DNA of 64,000 nt from an uncultured Actinomycetota bacterium (GCA_964515075.1 CAZETE010000002.1:40470-104469); one strand, 5' to 3'. Positions 19,682-29,564 are shown, numbered from the stretch's first letter. Numbers and translations: made by a program. Notes: generated from the sequence alone by a model not told the origin.

Positions 19682-20830
19682 ATGTCCTGCCGTTCAGACA
19701 AGATCCCTCCCTTCATGGTCATGGAGATCCTGGAAAGGGCCATGCGCCTGGAGGGCGAGGGACGGAGCATCGTCCACATGGAGGTGGGCGAGCCCGACTT
19801 CGACACGCCCTCCTGCATCAAGGAGGCGGCGGTGCGGGCCATGTCCGAGGGCAGCACCCACTACACCTCCAGCCTGGGCATCCCCGAGCTGCGGGACGCC
19901 GTCTCCCGGCACTACCGCGACAAGTACGGGGTGGAGGTGGACCCGGAGCGGGTGATCGTCACCAGCGGCACCTCCCCCGCCCTGCTGCTCGTCTACGCCG
20001 CCCTGCTGGACCCGGGCGACGAGATCATCCTCTCCGACCCCGGGTACGCGTGCTACCCCAACATGGTGGAGTTCGTGGACGGCCGGCCGGCGGAAGTGCG
20101 GGTCTTCGAGGAAGACGGCTTCTCCTACCGCCCCGCGGACATCGCGGCGAAGCTGGGCCCGCGCACCAGGGGGATCATGATCAACTCCCCCTCCAACCCC
20201 ACCGGCAACCTGTTGAGCGCGGAGACCCTGCGGGAGATAGCCTCGCTGAGCCGGCAGGGCCTCTACGTGGTAAGCGACGAGATCTACCACGGCCTGGTCT
20301 ACGAGGGCAGGGAGCGCTCCATCCTGGAGTTCACCGACCACGCCTTCGTGGTCAACGGCTTCTCCAAGCTCTACGCCATGACCGGCTGGCGCCTGGGCTA
20401 CCTCATCGCGCCTCCGGCTTTCGTCCGCCCCATCCAGAAGATGCAGCAGAACCTGTTCATCTCCGCCAACGCCTTCGTCCAGCACGCGGGCGTCGCCGCC
20501 CTCACCCAGGCCGGGCCCGCGGTGGAGGAGATGGTCCGCCTCTACGACGAGCGGCGCCGCTTCCTTGTAACCGCCTTAAAGGAGCTGGGTTTCCGCATCG
20601 CCGTGGAGCCCCGGGGGGCCTTCTACGTCCTGGCCGGGGCCGGCCGCTTCTCGCGCGACTCCCGCGCCTTCGCGCTGGAGTTGCTGGAGAGGGCGGGGGT
20701 GGCGGTGACGCCGGGCATCGACTTCGGCCGGGGCGGTGAGGGCTACATCCGCTTCAGCTACACGACCTCCCTGGCCGACATCGCCGAGGGCGTGCGCCGC
20801 CTGGGGGAATACCTGGAGGGGCGCCGATGA
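19682..20830 (+). CDS. PLP-dependent aminotransferase class I/II (aspartate/aromatic type)
   Basis: GEPDFDTP, SKLYAMTGWRLGY (PLP-lysine region) and NPTGN motifs. The start is ambiguous: TTG 19649, TTG 19679 or ATG 19682. Confidence 0.8.
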   Translation: MSCRSDKIPPFMVMEILERAMRLEGEGRSIVHMEVGEPDFDTPSCIKEAAVRAMSEGSTHYTSSLGIPELRDAVSRHYRDKYGVEVDPERVIVTSGTSPALLLVYAALLDPGDEIILSDPGYACYPNMVEFVDGRPAEVRVFEEDGFSYRPADIAAKLGPRTRGIMINSPSNPTGNLLSAETLREIASLSRQGLYVVSDEIYHGLVYEGRERSILEFTDHAFVVNGFSKLYAMTGWRLGYLIAPPAFVRPIQKMQQNLFISANAFVQHAGVAALTQAGPAVEEMVRLYDERRRFLVTALKELGFRIAVEPRGAFYVLAGAGRFSRDSRAFALELLERAGVAVTPGIDFGRGGEGYIRFSYTTSLADIAEGVRRLGEYLEGRR

Positions 20831-22260
20831 ACATCATGGACATCTCCCCCGCCAGGGTCAGCGAGTTCATCAACCGCTGGCCCGTCTACTCCGGCGACCG
20901 GGGCAACCCCAACTGGATGGAGCCCGGGGACCTGGAGGACCTGCGGGACGGCCTGCTGGTGCGCCAGCTGGGGCTGCTGGCCGGCCAGAGCCCCTACTAC
21001 CGCGAGCTCTTCGCGCGCGAGAAGGTGGACCCGGGCAGGATCCGGGGCATCCGGGACCTCCCGGCCATCCCCCCCACCTTCCGCGAGGACTACATGCGCC
21101 GGCCCCTGGACTTTCTGCTCAAGCCGGGCTCCCTCGCCCCCGAGGACGCCACCTGCGAGATCACCTACACCACCGGGACCGCCACGCGGAACCCCGTGCC
21201 CTTCTTCAACACCGCCTTCGACATGATGGCCATCTCCCTGCAGATGCGGCGCACGGCGGAGATCGCCTGGATAACCCCCGCGGACACCCTCTGCAACCTC
21301 TTCCCCTACGCCGGCCTGCCCCACATCGGCTTCCACCGCACCGCGCACATGGCCTCCGCCGTCGGCGCCCGGCTGGTCAACGGGCTGACCGGCCGGGACA
21401 TGCCGGGCTTTCCCGTCCATCGCAGCCTGGACGAGGCGGTGGAGCTGGCGGAGATGCACGGCGCCACCGTCCTGGCCGGCATCGGCTCCAGCGAGCGCCG
21501 CTTCATCCTGCGCGCCCAGTACCTGCGGTCCCGCCTGGACCGGGTGCGCACCGTCCTGGCCATGGGCGAGGCCGTGCCCGAGCGCGTGCGCGGGGAGATG
21601 CGCGCGCGCCTGCGGGACCTCGGCTCGGAGGAGGTGTTCGTCAACAACGGCTACAGCCTCACCGAGTGCCAGGGCACCTTCGTGGAGTGCTGCGAGTTCG
21701 GGGGGAACCACAACCCCTCTCCCGACCTCTACTACCTCGAGGTCCTGGACCCCGTTTCCTTCGAGCCGCTGGGCCAGGCCGAGCTGGGGCTGCTGGCCAT
21801 CACCCACCTCAACCGGCGCGGGACGGCGGTGCTGCGCTACGTGGTCGGGGACCTGGCGGCCCTGGAGCGCGGCACATGCCCCCACTGCGGCCGCTCGGGC
21901 GAGCGCCTGGTGGTCAAGGTGGGCTCCACCTACGCCACCCGCTCATCGGAGGCCCTCTTCGTGGAGGGCCAGATAGTCAACCCCGAGGTCCTGCACGGCC
22001 TGATGTCCTCCATTCCCGGTATCCGGCAGTACCAGTTCGTCGTGGACAAGCGCGACCCCGGCGACGAGTACTCCCCCGACCTGCTGACCATCCGCCTGGA
22101 CGCCGGGGAGGGGGCGCGCGAGCGCATCGCGAGGGAGGTCTACGAACGCCTGCCGCGGGAGGCCGGCGTCAATGCCCGCGTCGAGTTCGCCGAGGCGCCG
22201 GAGCTCTACGACCCCTCCATGGCCCTCAAGGACACCCGCATCGTCGACCACCGCGAATGA
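20827..22260 (+). CDS. phenylacetate-CoA ligase-like adenylate-forming enzyme (PaaK / F390-synthetase family)
   Basis: 477 aa with a PaaK-family fold (YTTGTATRNPVPF in P-loop position, a C-terminal Cx2C). ATGA overlap with the aminotransferase stop. Confidence 0.65.
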   Translation: MNIMDISPARVSEFINRWPVYSGDRGNPNWMEPGDLEDLRDGLLVRQLGLLAGQSPYYRELFAREKVDPGRIRGIRDLPAIPPTFREDYMRRPLDFLLKPGSLAPEDATCEITYTTGTATRNPVPFFNTAFDMMAISLQMRRTAEIAWITPADTLCNLFPYAGLPHIGFHRTAHMASAVGARLVNGLTGRDMPGFPVHRSLDEAVELAEMHGATVLAGIGSSERRFILRAQYLRSRLDRVRTVLAMGEAVPERVRGEMRARLRDLGSEEVFVNNGYSLTECQGTFVECCEFGGNHNPSPDLYYLEVLDPVSFEPLGQAELGLLAITHLNRRGTAVLRYVVGDLAALERGTCPHCGRSGERLVVKVGSTYATRSSEALFVEGQIVNPEVLHGLMSSIPGIRQYQFVVDKRDPGDEYSPDLLTIRLDAGEGARERIAREVYERLPREAGVNARVEFAEAPELYDPSMALKDTRIVDHRE

Positions 22261-22284
22261 CCGGGGGCCGCGCCCCGGGCCGCG

Positions 22285-24930
22285 TCAGCTCAGATCGCAG
22301 ACGAGAACGGTGATGTCGTCCTCGAAGGGCTTGGCGGTGAAGTCGCGCAGGCGGGCGTAGAGGCCGTCGATGAGTTCTGCCCGCTCCCGGCCGCCGTTGG
22401 CGTTGACGTACCGCACCAGGCGGTTGAGGCCGAAGGGGGCGCGTTGGGGGTTGCGGCTCTCGATCAGGCCGTCCGTGTAGAGGATCAGGCGGTCCCCCTC
22501 CTTCAGCCTGACCTCCTCCACGCCCAGGTCGAAGTGGTCGAAGGCGCCCAGGATGAGCCTCTCCCGGCTGGTGAGGAACTGGCTGCCGCGCCTCGCGCGC
22601 ACCAGCAGGGGGTCGTGGTGGCCGGCGTTGAGGTAGCGCATGGTCAGGTCTTCGAGGTCGATCTCGCTGTAGAAGATGGTCAGGAAGTTGTCCTCCATCC
22701 GGTTGGGCAGTATGGACAGGTTGACCCGCCGGATGATCTCCGCGATGTCCTCGGAGCGGTGGGCCTCCGAGCGGATGGTGCTCATGGCCAGGGTGGCCAT
22801 GAGCGCGGCGGGCATGCCGCTGCCGGCGGCGTCGCCGATGACCAGCACCAGCCGGCCGCCTTCTATCCAGTAGTCGAACCAGTCCCCGCCCACCAGGCGC
22901 GCCTGCTCCTGCCGGCAGTCTATCTTCACCCTCGCGTGGTCCAGCGAGCCGGGCGGCAGCAGGGCCGACTGGGTCTGGCGGGCGATCTCCAGCTCCTTCT
23001 CCACCAGGGCCATGTGCGCCAGCCGCTTCTGCTCGGATATGTCCCGGAGGACGGCGACGACGCTCTCGATGCGCCGCTTGGGATTGCGCAGGACGGCGAA
23101 GGATCCGCCCACCCAGAGCCGCGAGCCGTCCGGCCGCTCATAGAGCATCTCCTCGAGGGGGGAAGCGTCGCCCCGCATGGCCCGGGCGATGGGGCAGTCG
23201 CCCTTGCGGCACTCCCCCGCATCGGGGCGGCGCCCCTGGAAGATCTCGCAGCAGGAGCGGCCGACGGCCTCGCCGGCCCGCCAGCCGGTCAGCTTCTCGG
23301 CCGCGGGATTGAAGCTGACCACCCTCAAGTCGCGGTCGATCATCATGATGGCGTCGGGGTTGGCGTTGATGATGGCCTCGCTGCGCTCCCGTTCCTTGAA
23401 GACCTCCCGGTCGACCTGGGCCTGCCGCAGGGCCATCTCCTTCCGGTGGATGCTGTCCCGCATCTTCACCTGCTCGACGGCCTGCGCCGCCTGGCTGGCC
23501 GCCGCCCTGACCATCTCCACCTCGTTCCGGTCGAAGAAGTGCCTCCTGCGGGTGTGGTCGAGGTAGACCAGGCCGGTGACCCGGTCGTGGAAGACCAGCG
23601 GCACCAGCAGGCAGGACCGGACGTTGAAGTCCCTGGCGAACCTGCTGTTCGAACGCGGATCGGAAGCCGCGTCGTTGACCACCTGGATCTCCCGGTCCTC
23701 CACCGCGGCCCGGGTCGCCTCGTCGATCCGGGAGGCCTGCATGCGGAACCCCTTGAGCATCTTTCGCTCGCTCTCCTTCAACCCGAAGCCCCGCACGAAC
23801 TCGATCTCCCCGGTATCGGGGAGATAGCGGAAGAGGGTGCAGCGGTCCACGGCGGCGATGCTGGCCAGGTTGTGCACCACGATCCCCTGAGCCTGGTAGA
23901 GGTTGATGGAGCGGGCGATGTCCTCCGCCATCTCCTTGGAGATGAGCGCCTGCTCGCGCCGGCGCCTCTCCAGGGCGAAGAGCCGCGCGTTCTGGATGGC
24001 CACGCCGGCCTGGGAGGCGAAGATGGAGAGGAGCATCAGGTCCAGTTCCTGGTAGGCGCGGGGCCTCTGGTCGTAGAGCTCGATGCCGCCGATGGGGTCG
24101 TCTCCCAGGTAGACCGGGCAGGAGACCAGGGAGCGGGGCCTTCTCCCGCCGGCCAGGACGGGCAACCGCAGTCCCTCGAGTTCCTCGTCCGATGCCGACA
24201 TCATCTTCCCGGCACCCATCGCCCGGTGCAGGAGCAGCCCCTCGCGGCCGGCGGCCATCCCCTTCACCCAGGGCCGGGCCAGGCCCTGGGCCGCCTCCAG
24301 GCGGAGCTCCCCCGATCCCTCGTCCAGCAGGTACACCGCCCCCTTGCTCACCTGCATGAGCGAGACGGAGACCTGCAGGATCTGGCGGAATACCTGGTCC
24401 AGCTGGATGGTAGACGCGATGGTCTTGCCCACCTCGATCATGGCGGTGAGTTCGCGCAGGCGGCGGTCGATGTCGCGGTCCCTCCCCTCCGCGTACGAGG
24501 AGCTCAAGGCGGAGACGAGGTCGGAGTCGAGGTCGGCCTTGATCTCCAGGAGGCGGGTCCAGCCCTCCGGCGGACAGCCCTCCTCCGCCAGGCCCCCCGT
24601 CAGTTCCCCCCAGACGACGCCCTCCCCGGCGTAATGGGCGCGCACCAGGTCGTCGAAGGTAAGGTCCTTGAAGAAACGGGTCCCGCCCACCCCGCGGGCA
24701 TATTCGAGGACGTCCTCCCGGGCCTCCCCGTCCGATTCCAGGAGCCGGGCGACGAGCAGCGCCAGCGACCCCAGGCTCTCCAGCAACTCCTGCCGGGCCG
24801 GGCGGGGCAGCCCGGCGCAGGCGGGCACCTGCTCGGAGAGGGCCTTGAGCATCTTCCCGGCCAGGGCCTCCCGCTCGCGCCGGATCCTTTCCGCGAGGTC
24901 ACGCAGCATAGCAGCCCCCCTCCAGGACAC
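22285..24930 (-). CDS. GAF-GAF-PAS-PP2C (SpoIIE/RsbU-type) serine phosphatase regulator
   Basis: 881 aa with two GAF-like regions, a PAS domain (AIMMIDRDLRVVSFNPAAEKLTGW) and a C-terminal PP2C domain (GDWFDY...VIGDAAGSG...YTDGLIE). Confidence 0.75.
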   Translation of the reverse strand: MSWRGAAMLRDLAERIRREREALAGKMLKALSEQVPACAGLPRPARQELLESLGSLALLVARLLESDGEAREDVLEYARGVGGTRFFKDLTFDDLVRAHYAGEGVVWGELTGGLAEEGCPPEGWTRLLEIKADLDSDLVSALSSSYAEGRDRDIDRRLRELTAMIEVGKTIASTIQLDQVFRQILQVSVSLMQVSKGAVYLLDEGSGELRLEAAQGLARPWVKGMAAGREGLLLHRAMGAGKMMSASDEELEGLRLPVLAGGRRPRSLVSCPVYLGDDPIGGIELYDQRPRAYQELDLMLLSIFASQAGVAIQNARLFALERRRREQALISKEMAEDIARSINLYQAQGIVVHNLASIAAVDRCTLFRYLPDTGEIEFVRGFGLKESERKMLKGFRMQASRIDEATRAAVEDREIQVVNDAASDPRSNSRFARDFNVRSCLLVPLVFHDRVTGLVYLDHTRRRHFFDRNEVEMVRAAASQAAQAVEQVKMRDSIHRKEMALRQAQVDREVFKERERSEAIINANPDAIMMIDRDLRVVSFNPAAEKLTGWRAGEAVGRSCCEIFQGRRPDAGECRKGDCPIARAMRGDASPLEEMLYERPDGSRLWVGGSFAVLRNPKRRIESVVAVLRDISEQKRLAHMALVEKELEIARQTQSALLPPGSLDHARVKIDCRQEQARLVGGDWFDYWIEGGRLVLVIGDAAGSGMPAALMATLAMSTIRSEAHRSEDIAEIIRRVNLSILPNRMEDNFLTIFYSEIDLEDLTMRYLNAGHHDPLLVRARRGSQFLTSRERLILGAFDHFDLGVEEVRLKEGDRLILYTDGLIESRNPQRAPFGLNRLVRYVNANGGRERAELIDGLYARLRDFTAKPFEDDITVLVCDLS

Positions 24931-24943
24931 ACCTGTAACGCTC

Positions 24944-24973
24944 AGTATATTTACCGGGGCTTAAGCGTGTCAA
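24944..24973 (-). promoter_or_regulatory. sigma70-like promoter (TTGACA-N18-TATACT) for the GAF/PAS/PP2C gene
   Basis: Minus strand reads TTGACACGCTTAAGCCCCGGTAAATATACT, followed by RBS GGAGGGGG and the ATG at 24930. Confidence 0.5.
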
Positions 24974-24974
24974 A

Positions 24975-25016
24975 GACGCGGGCGCTCAGGGCCCGGGCCG
25001 CGCGGCGCCCCGACGC
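24975..25016. terminator. GC-rich hairpin between the trk operon and the PP2C gene promoter
   Basis: GGGCGC...GGCCCGGGCC...GCGCCC nested palindromes directly 3' of the exported-protein gene. Confidence 0.4.
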
Positions 25017-25018
25017 GC

Positions 25019-25609
25019 TCAGTCGTCGTGCGGGGAGAGCCTGATCGCGCGGCGGCGGAGGAACCACATCGCCAGGCAGGCCGCCAGCAGGGCCAGCGCC
25101 AGCGCCAGCTTCCTGCGGCTGAAGCTCTGCGGCATCCGGTAACCGCTCTCCAAAAGCTCGAGGCCGGTGGCATGGATGTCCGTCCCGCCGCCGTGCTCCG
25201 GACAGGCCCGGTGAAAGACGCCGGTCACCCTGACCCGGTCGCCCTTGGTCTTGTAGCAGCCGAGGTGCTCGATGGCCTCCGCCTCCCCGGCCGCGATCCA
25301 GACGCCGATGCCGATGTTCGTGTACCCGGCGAAGCCCCCTCCTTCCCGCAGGCTCTCGCGGCTGTAGGCGTCGTCGTTCACCGTGATCCAGGCGTGGTCG
25401 CCGCGGCGCATGACGTCGCCGATGACCTCGCCCTCGATGGCGACCTCCCTGCCGTCGTACTCGGCCATGTTGTTGATGAGGTCCTCCACCGCCACTGCCT
25501 CCCCGGGCGCGAGGCCCTCTCCCCGGGCCCATGCCGCCGGCGCGGCCGTCCCCAGCGCCGCCAGCGCCGCCAGCGCCGCCAGCGCCGCCTTCACCGTCCT
25601 TGCGATCAT
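25019..25609 (-). CDS. exported protein with signal peptide and C-terminal membrane anchor (unknown function)
   Basis: MIARTVKAALAALAALAALGTAAPAAWA is a signal peptide; LALALALLAACLAMWFL is a C-terminal TM helix. ATGA overlap with the trkH stop. Last gene of the trk operon. Confidence 0.55.
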   Translation of the reverse strand: MIARTVKAALAALAALAALGTAAPAAWARGEGLAPGEAVAVEDLINNMAEYDGREVAIEGEVIGDVMRRGDHAWITVNDDAYSRESLREGGGFAGYTNIGIGVWIAAGEAEAIEHLGCYKTKGDRVRVTGVFHRACPEHGGGTDIHATGLELLESGYRMPQSFSRRKLALALALLAACLAMWFLRRRAIRLSPHDD

Positions 25610-27126
25610 CTTCTCCTCCCGCCTTTTCCACGGACCAGGGCCATCGCCATGCCCAGGAGCGCGAACACCGCCGTGAACTCGAGCCTGCCGGCCCACATCA
25701 TCAAGATGTAGCCCACCTTCATCGCCGCCGGCATCGCCGGCGCCGTCAGCCCGCAGGACAGGCCGGTGTTGCTTCCCGCCGAGACCGCCTCGAAGAAGGA
25801 GGCCGAGAAGTCGTAGCGGTAGACGATCCCCAGGACCGCGCCTGCCAAAAAGGTCACCATGTAGCAGATGACCACCAGCATAACCCCCCCCACCAACGCG
25901 TCGTCAAGCCAGATGTCCCCGACGTGGCGGACCTTGGCCGACAGCACCGAGTACTCGGGGGTGATCACCCTCTTGACCTCCAGCCACAGCGACTTGAAGA
26001 TCACTCCCAGCCTCAGGCCCTTGAGGCCCCCGCCGGTGGAGCAGGCGCTGGCGCCCACCATCATCACCATGATCAGCCCCCAGAAGGCCACGAGGCCGAA
26101 GTCGCCCGACAGCGACGAAGGAAGGGCGTTGCCGTAACCGGCGGTGGTGTGCCCGGACAGCAGGAAGAATAGCCCGCGGCGGAGGAACGCGCCCAGCCCC
26201 CGGAAGACGCCCGCCTTGCTCAGGCCCAGCGCCATGACCGCGGCTCCCAGGCAGAGGGTGATCCCCATGGACCTGAGTTCGACGTCGCGCCAGGCCTCCC
26301 TCCGCTTCCCGTTCCACACCGCCCAGTGCAGAGCAAAGCTGAAGGAGCCCAGGGTGAACAGGAGCATGGTCAGCAGCTCCACCGGCAGGCTCTGGTAGTA
26401 CATGAGGTTGAGGCTGTGCGGGGCGAACCCCCCGGTGGACCAGGCCCCCATGCACAACCAGGCCCCCTGGAGCAGGCCGCGGCCCGGCGGCATCCCCTCC
26501 AGGGCCAGGACCAGCCAGAGGGCCAGGGTCCCCGCCGCCAGGTAGGTGAGGCTGACCGTCCAGACGGTGCGGGACGCCCGAAGCGCGGCGGGCAGCGGCC
26601 TTTCGCCCCCGCCCCCCCGCGCGCCGGCCCGGAAGGTCCCCACCCCGCCGGATAAGAACAGGGCCAGGGCGACGGCGGCGGCCCCCAGGCCCCCGGCGTA
26701 GGTGAGCAGGTGCCGCCACGTGTTCAAGGCGCAGGAGGCATGGTCCAGGTCCTGGACGAGGGTGAGCCCGGTGGTGGTGCAGCCGCTCATCAGGTCGAAA
26801 CAGGCGTCCAGGAAGGAGGCGTAGTGGCCGGAGAGATAGGAGGGGACGGCGCCTAAGAGCATGGCCGCCGGCCAGGCCAGCGAGGCCGCCACCATGCCGT
26901 GCGACCACCCCAGGTCCAGCCGGGTGCGGCAGGCGTTCTCGGTGAGCAGCCAGAGGGCGGCGCAGGCCGCCGCGCCGACCAGGAAGTCCGGCGCGGCGCT
27001 CCACTCCCCGCAGAGCAGCGCCACGGCCAGGGGGAGGAGCATGAGCGCCCCCACTCCCAGGACCGCCCGCCCGACCCAGAACAGGACCAGCCTCACCTCA
27101 TCGGACGCAGGGCGCAGGATGATCAT
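25606..27126 (-). CDS. trkH: Trk-type K+ uptake transporter membrane subunit
   Basis: 506-aa polytopic protein with the TrkH/KtrB fold, including repeated selectivity-filter-like G-containing loops (TTGLT, SAGSNTGLS). Confidence 0.8.
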   Translation of the reverse strand: MIILRPASDEVRLVLFWVGRAVLGVGALMLLPLAVALLCGEWSAAPDFLVGAAACAALWLLTENACRTRLDLGWSHGMVAASLAWPAAMLLGAVPSYLSGHYASFLDACFDLMSGCTTTGLTLVQDLDHASCALNTWRHLLTYAGGLGAAAVALALFLSGGVGTFRAGARGGGGERPLPAALRASRTVWTVSLTYLAAGTLALWLVLALEGMPPGRGLLQGAWLCMGAWSTGGFAPHSLNLMYYQSLPVELLTMLLFTLGSFSFALHWAVWNGKRREAWRDVELRSMGITLCLGAAVMALGLSKAGVFRGLGAFLRRGLFFLLSGHTTAGYGNALPSSLSGDFGLVAFWGLIMVMMVGASACSTGGGLKGLRLGVIFKSLWLEVKRVITPEYSVLSAKVRHVGDIWLDDALVGGVMLVVICYMVTFLAGAVLGIVYRYDFSASFFEAVSAGSNTGLSCGLTAPAMPAAMKVGYILMMWAGRLEFTAVFALLGMAMALVRGKGGRRR

Positions 27127-27290
27127 GCCAGGGCCTTCACCACCAGCATCACCACGATCGCCGCCGCGCCGAGCGCGGCGACCGTGAGGATCTCCACCAG
27201 CATGCCCGCCGCGTACCCCGCGAGCCTCCTCGCGAGGTCGGGGCCTCTCTTCGGCCCCTTCTTCACCGCGCCGTCTCCTTCCATCTCCAT
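27123..27290 (-). CDS. small membrane protein (55 aa), unannotated in the ORF track as a separate gene
   Basis: MEMEGDGAVKKGPKRGPDLARRLAGYAAGMLVEILTVAALGAAAIVVMLVVKALA. AAAGGAAAGG sits upstream of the ATG. Its TGA overlaps the trkH ATG (ATGA). GC3-rich codons. Confidence 0.5.
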   Translation of the reverse strand: MEMEGDGAVKKGPKRGPDLARRLAGYAAGMLVEILTVAALGAAAIVVMLVVKALA

Positions 27291-27352
27291 CCTTTCCTTT
27301 CTTGAAAATGAACCCGGTCCGCCGGACGGCCGCAGCCGCTCCCGGCGCCGCT

Positions 27353-28864
27353 TCAGCCGGAACGCCTGCGCCACAGGACCGCCACCATGAAGCCGAAGAG
27401 GGCGTAGACCGATACGAACTCCAGGCGGCAGGCCCACATCTCGACGATATAGACCACCTTGAGCAGTGCGGGCATCAGGGGAGAGGTGAGCCCGGCGGAC
27501 AGCCCGGTGGTGCTGCCGGCCGAGACCGAGTCGAAGAAGGCCACCGCGGGGTCGTACCCGTACGCCATCCCCGCCAGGGCCCCGATGCTGTAACTGGCCA
27601 GGTAGCTCAGGAAGATGAACATGGCCGCGCGCACCATGGCGTCGGTCAACCAGAGGTCGCGGAGGTGATGGACCTTCACCGGCGTCAAGGCGTCGCCGGG
27701 CGACACGGCCTGCCTGGCGTTGTGCCACATGGTCTTGAAGACGATGCCCATGCGGATACCCTTGATGCCCCCGCAGGTGGCGCAGGCGCTGCCCCCGACC
27801 ATCATGGCCATGGTCACCGCCCAGAGGGCCGCGTAGCCGTAGTCCTTGGCGTAGGTGGCCACGTAGACGGTGGTGTTCCCGGTGCCGGTGTGCCCGGACA
27901 GCAGGTTGTAGAAACCGCGCCGGAAGAACTCCGTGATGCCCGTGAACACCCCCATCTGGCTGAACCCGACGGCCAGCAAGGCGGTGAAGAGGAGCACCGT
28001 GACGAAGAAGGACCTGGTCTCGATGTTCTTCAAGGGCTCCTTCCGGTTCCCCGTCCACACCGCCCAGTGCAGGGCGAAGTTGAAGGAGCCCAGGGTGAAG
28101 AAGAGCATGGTCAGCAGCTCCACCGCCGGGCTCTGGTAGTAGATGATGTTGAGGCCCTGGGGGGCGAAGCCGGCGGTGGACCAGGCCCCCATGAACAGCC
28201 AGGAGCCCTGCAGGAAACCCCGGCCCGCCGACATCCCCTCCAGGCACAGGGTCAACCAGAGGGCCAGGGTGCCCACCGCCAGGTAGGTCAGGCTGATCAT
28301 CCAGATGGCCCTGGCCGTGCCGATGACGTTGGGCAGCAGGCGCTCCTCGCGGCCCTCCCCCACGTACAGCTTGAAGGACCCGGCGCCGCCGGAGAACATG
28401 AAGGTCAGGGCGATGACGATGATTCCCTGCCCCCCGGCATAGGTGAGCAGGTGCCGCCACGTGTTCAGGCCGCAGGAGACGTGGTCCAGGTCCTGGATGA
28501 GGGTGTAGCCCGTGGTGGTGTAGCCGCTCATCAGGTCGAAACAGGCGTCCAGGTAGGAGGCGAAGTGGCCGGAGAGCCAGTGGGGGATGGCCCCGAAGCA
28601 CATGGCCACCAGCCACCCCAGCGAGACCACCACCATGCCGTGCATCCACCCCAGGTCCCTCCCGGTGCGGCAGGTGTTCTCGGTGAAAAGCCAGAAGGCG
28701 GCGCAGGCCAGCATGGCCACGACCAGGTCCAGGGCCGGGCCCCACTCCCTGCAGACCAGGGCCACGCACAGGGGCACCGACATGATCATCCCCAGGCCCA
28801 GGATGGCCTTGCCGATGTAGAAGAAGATCAGCTTGAAGTCCGCCCAGGAAGGCCGCAGGATCAT
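27353..28864 (-). CDS. trkH: Trk-type K+ uptake transporter membrane subunit (paralog 2)
   Basis: 503 aa, clearly paralogous to the 25606-27126 product. Both share, for example, SxGSxxGLS motifs near the C-terminus. Confidence 0.8.
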   Translation of the reverse strand: MILRPSWADFKLIFFYIGKAILGLGMIMSVPLCVALVCREWGPALDLVVAMLACAAFWLFTENTCRTGRDLGWMHGMVVVSLGWLVAMCFGAIPHWLSGHFASYLDACFDLMSGYTTTGYTLIQDLDHVSCGLNTWRHLLTYAGGQGIIVIALTFMFSGGAGSFKLYVGEGREERLLPNVIGTARAIWMISLTYLAVGTLALWLTLCLEGMSAGRGFLQGSWLFMGAWSTAGFAPQGLNIIYYQSPAVELLTMLFFTLGSFNFALHWAVWTGNRKEPLKNIETRSFFVTVLLFTALLAVGFSQMGVFTGITEFFRRGFYNLLSGHTGTGNTTVYVATYAKDYGYAALWAVTMAMMVGGSACATCGGIKGIRMGIVFKTMWHNARQAVSPGDALTPVKVHHLRDLWLTDAMVRAAMFIFLSYLASYSIGALAGMAYGYDPAVAFFDSVSAGSTTGLSAGLTSPLMPALLKVVYIVEMWACRLEFVSVYALFGFMVAVLWRRRSG

Positions 28865-28898
28865 CTCCGGATATCCCCTTGTCCGCCCGGCCGCCCGT

Positions 28899-29564
28899 TC
28901 AGGTGGTCAGGATCCGTTTGAGCTCCCTCTCGCTTTCCGGCGAGGTCACCGCGATGACCGAATCTCCCGGCTGCAGCGCGTTCTCGCCGCGCGGGATGAT
29001 CACCTCTTCCCCCCGCAGGATGGACACCAGCACGCATTCCCGCGGCAGGTTGAGGTCCTTGATGGCCCGGCCGCAGGAGGAGCAGGCGTCGTCCGGGAGG
29101 TCCACCTCCACGATGGCGAACCTGCCCTTCTTCAGGGTATGCAGGGTGATGATCCCCCCCGCGTCCGTCTCCTCCTCGATGAGCTGGGCGATGATGGTGG
29201 TCGAGGAGATGGCGTCTATGCCCATGAGGTTGAAGATGCGCTCGTTCTTGGGATTGCTGACCCGCGCCACCGTGCGGGGCACGCTGAAGTGCACCTTGGC
29301 CAGCTGGCAGGCCACCAGGTTGTCGTCGTCGTCGCCGGTCACCGCGGCGAAGACGTCGGCGCGCTCGACCCTGGCCTCCTCCTGGTAGCGCAGGTCGCAG
29401 CCGTCCCCCTCGATGACCAGGGCGGAGGTCGTGGTGGACAGCCGCCGGCAGGCCTCCGGGTCCCGTTCGATGACCACCACCGTGTATCCCTTCTCCGCCA
29501 ACTTCCTGGCCAGGAAGGACCCCACCTTCCCGCCGCCGCTGATGACTACGTAGATCTCCCCCAC
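28899..29564 (-). CDS. trkA: Trk/Ktr system NAD-binding peripheral subunit (RCK_N+RCK_C)
   Basis: GTG start gives MGEIYVVISGGGKVGSF (Rossmann GxGxxG) plus a TrkA_C domain. The 5' part of the 299-aa ORF was rejected. Confidence 0.75.
   Translation of the reverse strand: MGEIYVVISGGGKVGSFLARKLAEKGYTVVVIERDPEACRRLSTTTSALVIEGDGCDLRYQEEARVERADVFAAVTGDDDDNLVACQLAKVHFSVPRTVARVSNPKNERIFNLMGIDAISSTTIIAQLIEEETDAGGIITLHTLKKGRFAIVEVDLPDDACSSCGRAIKDLNLPRECVLVSILRGEEVIIPRGENALQPGDSVIAVTSPESERELKRILTT

Noticed and set aside
22444-25044. 866-aa plus-strand ORF opposite the GAF/PAS/PP2C gene
   Set aside because: Antisense artefact. The real gene has clear domain architecture on the minus strand.
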